From positions 96,658,001 through 96,722,000 of the forward strand of contig NC_086107.1 in assembly GCF_963921235.1 (NCBI RefSeq): DNA of 64,000 nucleotides, given 5' to 3'. Positions within the stretch are counted from its first letter, which is position 1. Every line of letters starts with the position of its first letter. The stretch is from Mobula hypostoma (Eukaryota). The position numbers and the translations under genes were made by a program. The notes under the pieces are model-generated. The model ran no database searches and had not been told where the DNA came from. It worked only from the letters and a program-made list of their open reading frames with translations. Shown piece by piece: positions 1-12,690 of this stretch.

Positions 1-921
1 CATGTTCCTGCTTTAGTTTGTTAATTTGCGGAGTTCCGATTTCACAATCCATGCCAAAGCAGTGCCGAATTCTTTAACCAGTTCCAGCTGCAGTCAAAAT
101 CATTTGTCCTTGCGGGGACTTCAGCAGGGAATTTGATCCTGTGTTCATTACAAAACTTTTTAAAAAAAACAACTTACTACATTTACAGTTTCTGGCAGTG
201 ATTGCAGACCTCTGGCGCCTAGGCTTTGAACCCTGCTGGATTTTATTAAGGGTTTTCACCGGAAACATTTGGTCCTCTCCTTGCATTTTACAAGCATTTT
301 CAGCATTTTCTGATTTTGTTTCAGATTTCCGACATCTGCAGGGTTTCTTTATTTTTTTTCCTCTCTTGATTGTCATTTAAAACCACAAGATATAGGAGCA
401 GAATTAGGCCATTTGGCCCATCGAGTCTGCCATTTCACCGTGACTGCTCCATTTTCCCTCTCAGCCCCACTCTCCTGCCTTCTCCCCATATCCCTTCATG
501 CCCTAACTAATCAAAAACTTATCAACTTCAAATATAGCCGATGACTTGGCCTCCATAGCAGCCTGTGGCAATGAATTGCACATATTCACACGCTTAGCTA
601 AAGAAATTCCTCCTCATCTCTGTTCTAAAATGGTGTCCTTCTGTTCTGAGGCTGTGTCCTCTGGTCTTAGACTCCCCTCACCATCCCCTCCACATCCACC
701 CTACTGAGGCCTTTCGACATTTGATTTCTTTGGGAATGAGTTGTAGAGCTTGCCGAGTTGGGGTAAGTTCATCTATGTTATACAAAGAGAAAGGTCTCCG
801 GGTCATTCTTTTCGTTGCTCAGAATTTTGTTAGTATAAAATAAATGCAGCTATTTTTCACTTAATGATTTATACTTCCTTTCATTTTGTTTATTTATTGA
901 AATACAGCGTGGAATTGGCCC

Positions 922-1140
922 TCACGGGCCTTCAAGCCATGCTGCCCAGCCTAATCCTAGCCTACCTCAATCTAGTACTGACGGGACAATTTACAATGAT
1001 CAATTAACTTGCCAACCGGTGCATCTTTGGATTGTGGGAGGAAACCGGAGCACCTGGAGGAAACCCATGTGGTCACGGGGAGAACCTACAAACAGGCAGT
1101 GACGGGTATTGACCCCGTATCACCTGCACTGTAAAGCTAC
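922..1140 (-). mobile_element. tRNA-derived V-domain SINE (HE1-like)
   Basis: Reverse complement of the SINE at 26976-27267, including the GGTTTCCTCC...GGTTTCCTCCCAC V-domain-like core. Boundaries approximate. Confidence 0.7.
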
Positions 1141-2335
1141 TGTGCTGCCCTAGCTGAAGGGACCATTTCACTGCGGCAGACAGTCCTGCTCTTGCCAGCT
1201 CAGTGTTGTTTAGGATTTACACAACAAGTGTGCAAGATTCAGTGGAAGTTGTGTCTAGGGTGCATGGTGCTCAGTGTGAACTGTACAATTAGACCGAATC
1301 TGTGTGAAGGCTGCAGTATAGATTATGAATCTGGAGGTTAAAAGTGTATGGCTTCAGGAGCAGGAGGCGAAGAGAGCCAATGGCTGGATTCAGAAATAAG
1401 GAAAAGGGTAAATGAATAACTAGTTTAACTTAATTGGAAGTTGAAAGCCAAAGGAATTTGCCCCAGATATAATAGTGAATTTAAAAAATTATCATTACTT
1501 ATGAAGATCAAGAGGAATTTTTTTTGGTAATTTATTTTTTATTGAATTTCATCTTCAAATAAACATTTCCACAAGATGTATTTCAGACACTGTACGTATA
1601 TGTCATATAATCATACTTGTCACAAATCTCCACATAATACTTATCTGAGGTATACACTTACAGAAAGGGGAGGAAAGAAAGAGATTTTAATGCCAATAAT
1701 TTCCTTTGTATGGGGAAGAGGAATGACAAAGCAGGAGAGTATTTCTATATCTGCATTTCCCATTACCTCTGTCATAGAACACTAAAGGACAGAAACAGGC
1801 CCTTCGGCCCATCTACACCATGCCAAACTATTATTCTGCCTAGTTCCATCAGCATATACCCAGAACTGTAGCCCTCTCGTCCATGTACTTATCCAAATTT
1901 CTCTTAAATGCTGAAATTGAACCCGCTTCCACCATTTCCGCTGGCAGCTTAATCCACACCGTCCCCACCCTCTGAGTGAAGATGTTGGCCCTCATGTCCC
2001 CCTTAAACATCTCACCTTTCACCCTTAACCCATGATCTCTAGTCCTGGTCTCACCCAATGACAGTGGATAAAAGTCTGCTTGCATTTACCCTCTCATAAT
2101 TTTGTGTGTAGCTCTGAAATTTGTTTAAGGGCGGCTGTCACTGCTGCCTGAGTCCATAAGTTACTTCCCATAACTGCTGCTCATTTTGGCAACTTTGAAG
2201 CATTAAATGCAATTTATAACTTTATGAACTATTGATTGTATTCTCCATGCCTACAAAGATGATGCAAACATTTTTATTGGTTTTTGTTTTCAGTATTTAT
2301 ATCAATAACCAACGGACATTTTTGTATTTCTACAG

Positions 2336-2482
2336 AAGAACCCTTGGATACTGATAAAAATGCCATAGTTTCTGAGAGTGTAACACATCATAGATGGACG
2401 ATACCGATGGTTATTGTTGTGGTTATATTGGTGCTCCTGGCAGTTTACATTGTCAGGAGACATTTCAGCAAGTCTCCAAGTG
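2336..2482 (+). CDS. Stalk + transmembrane exon of a type I membrane protein (rest of gene not resolved)
   Basis: Acceptor tttgtatttctacag| and donor G|GTGAGT; 147 nt, phase 1-1. Translates xEPLDTDKNAIVSESVTHHRW-TIPMVIVVVILVLLAVYIV-RRHFSKSPS(G): a hydrophobic helix followed by a basic stop-transfer RR. Lies in non-repeat sequence. Confidence 0.8.
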
Positions 2483-2629
2483 GTGAGTATTTTATTCTCT
2501 TTAGTTCTGCCAAATGACACTAAAAGGTTACAAGGTTCAACGAGGTTAGGCAACTTGGTATTAAGTGTAGCAAACTCTGGAAGGATGGCTCCTGACCAGA
2601 CATCATGAAGACCTTTAGGTGGACTGTAA

Positions 2630-4755
2630 CAAAGGGTTCAGGACCGATCCCAACCTTACCATCAAACCCGCAGACTAAGTGGGTGCTGTTGCAGTGTGGC
2701 GCACTGACCTCTGTCTTGCTGAGATCAGGCAGCACCTCTCACACTCCTCCTCAAACCTACCCCTTGAAGGGGACCACATCTCTGAGTCCATCACTGACCT
2801 CATCCACTCTGGAGAACTCCCATCACTGCTGCCAATCCCATATTTCCCTAGCTCCGTACTGCTCGCTCCTGCCTCCTACTCAAAATCCACAAACCTCACC
2901 GTCCAGGCCGGCCTATTGTCCCTGCCTGCTCCTGCCCCACTGAATTCGTGTCCTCGTACCTCAACTCCATTCTATCCCCCTTGGTTCAGTCTTGATCTAT
3001 CTTGCTCAGACCAGGCAGCACCTCTCACACTCCTGTGTCACCTCTCATGCCCTCGATCTTCTCAGTAACTTTCAGTTCCCTGGCCCTGACTGCCTCATTT
3101 TCACCATGGATGTTCAGTCTCTATACACTTCAATCCCCCACCCAGAAGGCCTGAAAGCTCTCTGTTTCGTTCTCAATAAAAGAACCAACCACTGGCTCCC
3201 TCCCACCATCACCACCACCCTCCATTTGGCAGAACTGGTCCTCACCCCCAACAATTTTTCCTTCAGCTCCTCCCACTTTCTCCAGACTCGAGAGATAGCC
3301 ATGGGGACCTTCATGGGCCAAGCTATGTCTGCCTCTTCACCGGCTACACAGAACAATCCTTGTTCCAAGCCTTCGCCAGTACTGCTCTCCAACTCTTCCT
3401 CTGCAACATTGATGACAGCATTGATGCACCCATGCTGAGCTCATCAATTTCATCAGCTTCCATCCTGTTCTTAAATTTACTTGGTCCACTTCTGACACTT
3501 CCCTCCCCTTTCTCGATCTATCTCTCTTTCCATCTCTGGAGGCAAACTGTCAACTGATTCCTACAGTTATCTCTTCACACCCTGTCTCCTGTAAAGATCC
3601 TATTCCCTTTTCTCAGTTCCTTCGCCTCCGCTGCATCATTCCCAGGATGCAGCCTTCCTTTCCAGGACATCAGAGATGTCCCACTCTCCTCAAAGAGTGG
3701 AGGTTCCCTTCCTCCATTATTGATGCTGCTCTCACCCGCATCTCCTTCATTTCCCGACAACTGTGCTCACCCCATCTTCCCGCCATCTTAACAGTGATAG
3801 TTTCCCTCATCCTTGCATACCATCTCATGAGCCCCTGCATCTGCCACATCATCCTCCACAACTCCGCCATCTCTAAAGGATTCCTGCCACTAAATATATC
3901 TTTATGGCCTTCCCCCCTACCACCCTCCACCCTCCACCCTCCACCCTCCACCCTCCACCCTCCACAGGGATTGCTTCCTCCATGATTCCCTTGTTCATTT
4001 GTCCCTCCTGACTAATCTCGCTCCCAGCACTTATCCCTGCAAGCAGCCTACGTGCTACACTTGTCTATTCACCTCCTCCCTCACCTCAATTCAGGGCCCC
4101 AAACAGTCCTTCTAGGTGAGGCTACACTTGCCCTGTGAGTCTGCCGGGGTTGTCTATCGTGTCTGGTGCTCCCAATGCGGCCTTTACATTGGTGAAACCC
4201 ATCGTAAGTTGTGGGATTGCTTCGTTGAGCACCTCCGCTCCACCCACCAGAAGCAGATCATCCCACTGGCCAAACATTTTAATTCCGATTCCCACTGCCA
4301 TTCCGACATGTCGGTCCATGGCCTCTTCTTGTGCCAAGATGAGACCACTTTCAGGGTGTAGGAGCGACAGCTTCTATTCCATCTGGGTAGCCTCCAACCT
4401 GATGGTATGAATATCAATTTCTCCTTCCAGGATTTTTTTTAACCTTCCCCTCCCCTCTTCTTTTATTCCCCACTCTGGCCTCTTCCCTCTTCTCACCTCC
4501 CCGGGTCCCCTCCTCCTTCCCTTTCTCCTGTGGTCCACTCTCCTCTCCTATCAGATTCCTTCCTCTCCAGACCTTTACCTTTCCCACCCACCTGGCTTCG
4601 CCTATCTCCTTCTGGCTATTCTGCTTCCCTTCCCCACACCTTTGTATTCTGGTATCTTCTCCCTTCCTTTCTGGTCTTGAAGAAGGTTTTCGCCCTATTC
4701 ATTTCCATAGATACTGCCTAATCTGCTGACTTCCTTCACATTTTGTGTGTGTTGC
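2630..4755 (+). mobile_element. Degenerate Penelope-like retroelement (RT + GIY-YIG fragments, 3' tail)
   Basis: Frameshifted peptides include TMDVQSLYTSIPH and IAMGT (RT motifs) and GVVYRVWCSQCGLYIGETHRKL...EH (GIY-YIG with CxxC). The 3' tail matches the other Penelope copies. A (CCACCCT)n run sits at about 3920-3965. Confidence 0.85.
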
Positions 4756-4880
4756 TAAAGGTGGGAAAGGGGGAAATCAGGTCCCATCTGATTGTATACA
4801 GTTTCAAAGTTTAAAAGAAAACTAAATTCAAAAGCTGTTGATAAAGAAAGAGATGTGGAAAGTGAAAAAAGATGGATGGA

Positions 4881-7455
4881 ACCATAGAACATTATAGCAC
4901 AGAAACAGGCCTTTTGGCCCTTCTTGGCTGTGCTGAACCATTTTTCTGCCTAGTCCCACTGACCTGCACCTGGACGATATCCCTCCATACACCTCTCATC
5001 CATGTACCTGTCCAAGGTTTTCTTAAATGTTAAAAGTGAGCCGCATTTACCACTTCATCTGGCAGCTCATTCCACACTCCCACCACTCTCTGTGTGAAGA
5101 AGCAGCCCCCCCAATGTTCCCTTTAAACTTTCTCCCCTTCACCCTTAACCCATGTCCTCTGGTTTTTTTCTCCCCTAGCCTCGGTGGAAAAAGCCTGCTT
5201 GCATTCACTCTATCTATACCCATCATAATTTTATATACCTCTATCAAATCTTCCCTCATTCTTCTACGCTCCAGGGAATAAAGTCCTAACCTATTCAATC
5301 TTTCCCTGTAACTTAGTTTCTCAAGTCCCGGCAACACCCTTGTAAACCTTCTCTGCACTCTTTCAACCTTATTAATATTCTTCCTGTAATTTGGTGACCA
5401 AAACTGCACACAATACTCCAAATTCGGCCTCACCAATGCCTTATACAACATCACCGTAACATTCCAACTCTTATACTCAATACTTTGATTTATAAAGGCC
5501 AATGTACCAGAAGTTCTCTTTATGACCCTATCTACCTGTGACGCCACTTATAGTGAATTTTGTGTCTGTATTCCCAGATCCCTCTGTTGTACTGCACTCC
5601 TCAGTGCCCTACCATTTACCTTGTATGTTCTACCTTGGTTTGTCCTTCTAAAGTGCAATACCTCACACTTGTCTGTATTAAACTCCATCTGCCATCTTTC
5701 AGCCCATTTTTCCAGCTGGTCCAAATTCCTCTGCAAGCTTTGAAAACCTGCCTCACTGTCCACTTCACCTCCAATCTTTGTGTCATCAGCAAATTTGCTG
5801 ATCTAATTTACCACATTATCATCCAGATCATTGATATAGATGACAAATGACAATGGACCCAGCACTGATCGCTGTGGCACACCACTAGTCACAGGCCTCC
5901 ACTCAGAGAAGCAATCCCCCACTACCACTCTCTGGCTTCTTCCATTGAGCCAATGTCTAATCCAATTTACTGCCTCTCCATGTATACCTAGTGACTGAAT
6001 CTTCGTAACTAACCTCCCATGCGGGACCTTGTCAAAGGCCTTACTGAAGTCCATGTAGACAACATCCACTGCCTTCCCTTCATCCACTTTCCTGGTAACC
6101 TCCTCGAAAAACTCTAATAGATTGGTTAAACATGACCTACCACGCACAAACCATGTTGACTCTCCCTAATAAGTCCCTGTTTATCCAAATGCTTGTAGAT
6201 CCTATCTCTTAGTACTCCTTCCAATAATTTACCTACTACCAACGTCAAACTTACTGGCCTATAATTTCCTGGATTACTTTTAGAACCTTTTTTAAATAAT
6301 GGAACAACATGAGCCACTTTCCAATCCTCTGACACCTCACCCGTAGACAGCGACATTTTAAATCTATCTGCCAAGGGCCCTGCAATTTCAACACTAGTCC
6401 CCTTCAAGGTCCGAGGGAACACCCTGTCAGGTCCTGGGAATTATTCTACTCTGATTTGCCTCAAGATAGCAAGCACCTCCACCTCCTCAATCTGTATAGG
6501 TTCCATGACCTCACCACTTGTTTGCCTTATTTCCATTGACTCTATGCCAGTTTCCTTAGTAAATACAGACGCAAAACACCCATTTAAGGTCTCCCCCATT
6601 TCTTTTGGTTCCATACATAGCCGACCTCTCTGATCTTCAAGAGGACCAATTTTATCCCTTACTATCCTTTTGCTCTTAATATACCTGTAGAAGCTGTTTG
6701 GATTATCCTTCACCTTGACTGCCAAAGCAACCTCATGTCTTCTTTTAGCCCTCCTGATTTCTTTCTTAAGTACTTTTTTTGCACTTTTTATACTCCTCAA
6801 GCACCTTATTTGCTCCCTGTTTCCCATACATGTCATACATCTCTCTCTTCTTCTTTATTGGAGTTCCAAAATCCCTCGAGAACCAAGGTTCCTTATTCCT
6901 ATTCACTTTGCCTTTAATCCTGACAGGAACATATAAACTCCGCACTCTCAAAATTTCTCCTTTGAAAGCCTCCCATTTACCAATTACATCCTTGCCAGAG
7001 AACATCCTGTCCCAATCCACGCTTTTTAGATCCTTTCTCTTTCTTCAAATTTGGCTTTTTTCCAGTTAAGAACCTCAACCCTAGGACCAGATCTATCTTT
7101 ATCCATGATCAAGTTGAAACTAATGGTGTTATGATCACTGGAGCCACAATGTTCCCCTACACACACTTCCATCACCTGTCCTAACTCGTTTCCTAATAGG
7201 AGATCTAATATTGCATCCTCTCTAGTTGGTACCTCTGTATATTGATTTAGAAAACTTTCCTGAACACATTTTATAAACTCTAAACAGTATGGGAATCCCA
7301 ATCAGTATGTGGAAAGTTAAAATCCCTTACTATCACAACTTTATGTTTCCTGCAGTTGCCTGCTATCTCTCTGCAGATTTCCTCCTCCAATTCTCGCTGA
7401 CTCGGTGGTCTATAATTATAACCCCTTTAATGTGGTCATACTTTCCTGTTTCTCA
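4881..7455 (-). mobile_element. CR1-clade LINE, 5'-truncated and frameshifted
   Basis: Minus ORFs give RT motifs ([30 protein letters not shown]), the C-terminal LYKALVRPNLEYCVQFW and endonuclease remnants (ILDLLLGN, SDHN). Confidence 0.9.
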
Positions 7456-8470
7456 GCTACACCCATATGGCCATATGGATTTCTGAATTGTGTTTATGGC
7501 TAGGCTGAGGAGAATTTGATTTTTATTTGTAGATCATTTTGGATAGGTAAAATGAATTTTGGTCATTTATTTTAATTTTTAAAATTGACGTTTTCAAGAC
7601 TGCAGGAAGTGAGGGGTGTAGGACACCAAGAAGTGGGAGCAGGAGTAGGTCACTTGCCTGCCCTCCCTGGAGTTGCAGAGTCACACTGCACAGAACTGTC
7701 CTTCAACACGTCATGTTCGTCAAGTATCCGTCAGTACTAACCCAGCACAGAAACATCCTACAGCACACCATGTTAATGGAGTACTAACCCTGTTTAACAT
7801 ACCACTGAATAGTTTAGGTCCTCACCAGTCAAAATCAAATGCATTGATGGCCCTCCGTTGGTTAGGGTGAACCATGCATATTGCGCCCCCAGCTGTCGAA
7901 ATTGATACGCGAGCCAGGATGATATAATACGGAGAGCAAGCTGTTGCCCGTGCAGCAGGCCAACATTTCTCCAGGCAGTTGATCCACTGCCAAAGAAACA
8001 GCAGAGACCGATACAGTTAAATTATGGGTTCATACAAAATAGAAAGTGGTCCTAAGTTACTGCCAAGCATCAGCTATTCCCTTATAATAAGACTACTCTA
8101 ATCTAATTAAAAAGAAATTCTCTCCATATTGCCATCAGATTCCACCCCTGACCCAAACACTCAATGTATTTTACCGCGACCAACGCATGCCTTTGGGGTG
8201 TGGGAGACAACCAGCGGTCACGGCAGGTGGGGCTGGGGGAACCGTGTAGACTCCACGCAGACCGCACCGGCGTTCAGGATTAAATCCAAGTCTCCGGAGC
8301 GGTGAGGCAGTGCCCCTGCCAACCATGCCACGTGCCCCTCAAAATCAAGAATATGAAAGGCCACATTATACAGCAGGAAAGCAGGCCATTTGGCCCAACT
8401 TGCCCATGCCAGCCCAATGAGCCGGAGGCTTCTGCCTGCATTTGGCGCCTAGCTCTCTAAAAAAGCTCTC

Positions 8471-10709
8471 TAGGAAGAGGTGCAGTCGACGTTTCAGGCC
8501 GAGACCCTTCGTCGGGACTAACTGAAGGAAGAGTGAGTAAGGAATTTGAAAGTTGGAGGGGGAGGGGCAGATCCAAAATGATAGGAGAAGACAGGAGGGG
8601 GAGGGATAGAGCCAAGAGCTGGACAGGTGATAGGCAAAAGGGGATACGAGAGGATCATGGGACAGGAGGTCCGGGAAGAAAGACAAGGTGGGGGGGACCC
8701 AGAGGATGGGCAAGAGGTATATTCAGAGGGACAGAGGGAGAAAAAGGAGAGTGAGAGAAAGAATGTGTGCATAAAAATAAGTAACAGATGGGGTACGAGG
8801 GGGAGGTGGGGCCTTAGCGGAAGTTAGAGAAGTCGATGTTCATGCCATCAGGTTGGAGGCTACCCAGACGGAATATAGGGTGTTGTTCCTCCAACCTGAG
8901 TGTGGCTTCATCTTTACAGTAGAGGAGGCCGTGGATAGACATGTCAGAATGGGAATGGGATGTGGAATTAAAATGTGTGGCCACTGGGAGATCCTGCTTT
9001 CTCTGGCGGACAGAGCGTAGATGTTCAGCAAAGCGGTCTCCCAGTCTGCATCGGGTCTCGCCAATATATACAAGGCCACATCGGGAGCACCGGACGCAGT
9101 ATATCACCCCAGCCGACTCACAGGTGAAGTGTTGCCTCACCTGGAAGGACTGTTTGGGGCCCTGAATGGTGGTAAGGGAGGAAGTGTAAGGGCATGTGTA
9201 GCACTTGTTCGGCTTACACGGATAAGTGCCAGGAGGGAGATCAGTGGGGAGGGATGGGGGGGATGAATGGACAAGGGAGTTGCGTAGGGAGCGATCCCTG
9301 CGGAATGCAGAGAGAGGGAGGGAGGGAAAGATGTGCTTAGTGGTGGGATCCTGTTGGAGGTGGCGGAAGTTACGGAGAATAATATGTTGGACCCGGAGGC
9401 TGGTGGGGTGGTAGGTGAGGACCAGGGGAACCCTATTCCTAGTGGGGTAGCGGGAGGATGGAGTGAGAGCAGATGTACGTGAAATGGGGGAGATGCGTTT
9501 AAGAGCAGAGTTGATAGTGGAGGAAGGGAAGCCCCTTTCTTTAAAAAAGGAAGACATCTCCCTCGTCCTAGAATGAAAAGCCTCATCCTGAGAGCAGATG
9601 CGGCGGAGACAGAGGAATTGTGAGAAGGGGATGGCGTTTCCTCCTACCCCACTAGGAATAGGGTTCCCCTGGTCCTCACCTACCACCCCACCAGCCTCCG
9701 GGTCCAACATATTATTCTCCGTAACTTCCGCCACCTCCAACGGGATCCCACCACTAAGCACATCTTTCCCTCCCTCCCTCTCTCTGCATTCCGCAGGGAT
9801 CGCTCCCTACGCAACTCCCTTGTCCATTCATCCCCCCCATCCCTCCCCACTGATCTCCCTCCTGGCACTTATCCGTGTAAGCCGAACAAGTGCTACACAT
9901 GCCCTTACACTTCCTCCCTTACCACCATTCAGGGCCCCAAACAGTCCTTCCAGGTGAGGCAACACTTCACCTGTGAGTCGGCTGGGGTGATATACTGCGT
10001 CTGGTGCTCCCGATGTGGCCTTGTATATATTGGCGAGACCCGACGCAGACTGGGAGACTGCTTTGCTGAACATCTACGCTCTGTCCGCCAGAGAAAGCAG
10101 GATCTCCCAGTGGCCACACATTTTAATTCCACATCCCATTCCCATTCTGACATGTCTATCCACGGCCTCCTCTACTGTAAAGATGAAGCCACACTCAGGT
10201 TGGAGGAACAACACCTTATATTCCGTCTGGGTAGCCTCCAACCTGATGGCATGAACATCGACTTCTCTAACTTCCGCTAAGGCCCCACCTCCCCCTCGTA
10301 CCCCATCTGTTACTTATTTTTATGCACACATTCTTTCTCTCACTCTCCTTTTTCTCCCTCTATCCCTCTGAATATACCTCTTGCCCATCCTCTGGGTCCC
10401 CCCCCCCCGTCTTTCTTCCCAGACTTCCTGTCCCATGATCCTCTCGTATCCCCTTTTGCCTATCACCTGTCCAGCTCTTGGCTCTATCCCTCCCCCTCCT
10501 GTCTTCTCCTATCATTTTGGATCTCCCCCTCCCCCTCCAACTTTCAAATCCCTTACTCACTGTTCCTTCAGTTAGTCCTGACGAAGGGTCTTGGCCTGAA
10601 ACGTCGACTGTACCTCTTCCTACAGATGCTGCCTGGCCTGCTGCGTTCACCAACAACTTTGATGTGTGTTGCTTGAATTTCCAGCACTTGCAGAATTCCT
10701 GTTGTTTGT
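8471..10709. mobile_element. Penelope-like element with inverted duplication (arms about 8471-9450 and 9643-10624)
   Basis: The left arm is the reverse complement of the right arm, and both encode GIY-YIG (GVIYCVxCSRCGLVYIGET). The flanks repeat aaagctctc (8462-8470 and 10714-10722), consistent with a target-site duplication. Confidence 0.9.
10574..10609 (+). ncRNA. Minimal type I hammerhead ribozyme motif in Penelope 3' end
   Basis: AGTC-CTGACGA-AGG(gtcttgg)CCT-GAAA-C-GTC-GACT. Stem I is AGTC/GACT, the CUGANGA and GAAA cores are intact, stem II is 3 bp, helix III is the palindrome ACGT and the cleavage triplet is GUC. Confidence 0.7.
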
Positions 10710-11151
10710 CTCTAAAGCTCTCCTACCTCTCCTACATTACATCATGTTGCAATCATTTGACAGTTATATTCTGTTCATCAAAGTGACTGAAGAAACAAAA
10801 TTATTTTGGGATTTCTGCAGCAGATATCGGAGTACGCAGGTTTCTGGGTTCAGCAAGCTTATTCCAGTTCCACCATAAAAATGCACAGCTCAGCTGTGAT
10901 GGGGGCTGAAGTTATTTCCTCTGATTGATTGGCGATTGTGGCATTTCCCAATTGAAAATTACATGCTGCCAGGTTTATGTCCGACAGCCTTAGGCCAAAG
11001 CAGGGGGAGCATCACCACCTATCTCATCCATGCAGAGCAGTAGTTGGTATGTAGAGCTCCTTAGCGACATCAAGGACCAGGTTTGGAGCAGAGCCCTGGC
11101 TCTTTAACTTTCTGACATTACAAAGGCAAAGCAGCCTATCTCTCTCCCCAC

Positions 11152-11382
11152 CACCTGAGACACCTGGCTGACCATCTCCATCTCCAGAGAGTAGCCAGAG
11201 CTGAGACACCTGAGACACCTGGCTGACCATCTCCATCTCCAGAGAGTAGCCAGAGCTGAGACACCTGGGTGACCATCCCCATCTCCAGAGAGTAGCCAGA
11301 GCTGAGACACCTGGGTGACCATCTCCAGCTCCAGAGAGTAGCCAGAGCTGAGACACCTGGGTGACTTTCTCCCTCTCCAGAG
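11152..11382. repeat. Minisatellite, about 46-bp unit, about 4.7 copies
   Basis: Unit gagacacctgggtgaccatctccatctccagagagtagccagagct repeated head to tail, with one extra 9-bp gagacacct duplication. Confidence 0.9.
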
Positions 11383-12109
11383 ATTATGAAACAATCCTGC
11401 AGTCTCAACTTTGCAGCGCCTCAGCAAGTTGGAAATCATGCAACCTGTGATGCAGGTGGGCCCCATCCGACCCATTGTGTCCATATCAGCTGAAAAAAAG
11501 ACTATTAAGACTACTCCCCCTTCCGTGTCCCAGTCCATGAGTTTCAGTGCGTCCAATTACCTTTCAACCTGACACCAGCCAATCAACTACTGCTGCTGTC
11601 CGACAGCACACCATCATCTTTATGTGCCATGTCGTATGAAGCGGGTGATCATGGTCTTCCTGACCATGATTGCTTTGGCAAATTTTTCCACAGAAGTGGT
11701 TTTCTATCGCCTTCTGGGCAGTGCCTTTACAAGACGGGCGACCCCAGCCATTGTCAATACTCTTCAGAGGTTGTCTACCTGGTGCCAGAGGTCACATAAC
11801 CAGGACTTGCAATATGCACCAGCTGCTCATACAACTGTCCACCACCTGCTCCCATGGCTTCACGTGACCCTGATCGTGGGGCTAAGCGGGTGCTACACCT
11901 TGCCCATGGGTGACCTGCAGGCTAGCAGAGGGAAGGAGTGCCTTACTCCTCCTTTAGTAGAGACGTACCTCCACCCACCCCTCCACCCATATGTTTCAAT
12001 ACATCCAACGACCTTTCAAACCTGACATCACCCGATCAACCACCACCCCTCTCTGACACCACAGCCTTTTTATTAAAAACATGTCAGGGTGGTAAAGAAG
12101 GCATTTGGC

Positions 12110-12690
12110 ATTGTTGCCTTTAGTAGTTAAGGCAATGAGTTCAAGGGAAGTCATATTCCAGCCGTAGAAAAGTCTGGTTAGACCACATCTGAAGCACCAC
12201 ACTCAGTTCTGGTCACCCCATTACATGAAGTATTTAGAGACTTTGGAGAGGGTGTGGAAGATTTTTTACCAGGATGCTGCCTGGATTAGAGGGCATGTGC
12301 TATCAGGAGAAAGTGGATAAAGTCGGGTAGTTTCCTCTGGAGTGCTGGAGGCTGAGAGGAGACCTGATAGAAGTTTATATGATTATCAGAGTAAAGCAAA
12401 ATAGGTAAAGATACAGCCTGCTTCTTTTTCCCAGGGTTGAAATGTCTAGTAGTAGAGGGTCTACATTTAAGATGAGGGGGGCAACTTCAAGGGAGTTGTG
12501 CGAGGCAAGTTGTCTTTACACAGGGAGTGTTGGGTACCTTGAATGAGGTGGCAGGGAGGGTACTGTAGGCAAATATGATAGAGGTATTGAAGAGATTCAT
12601 AGATAGGCAAATGCATGTGAAGAGAATTGAAGAGAATGGGGGAATATAGTGCAGGCAGAAAGGATTAGTTCATTCAGGCATTTAATCAGT
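12110..12690 (+). mobile_element. Degenerate CR1 LINE 3' fragment
   Basis: Matches the CR1 C-terminal nucleotide pattern seen in other copies (gttagaccacatctg...cagttctggtcacc...gacctgatagaagtttat). Confidence 0.7.

Noticed and set aside
8814-9761. 315-aa ORF as a host nuclease gene
   Set aside because: It is the Penelope GIY-YIG region read across the inversion junction.
11152-11382. CRISPR-like array
   Set aside because: The repeats are contiguous with no unique spacers, and the context is eukaryotic.
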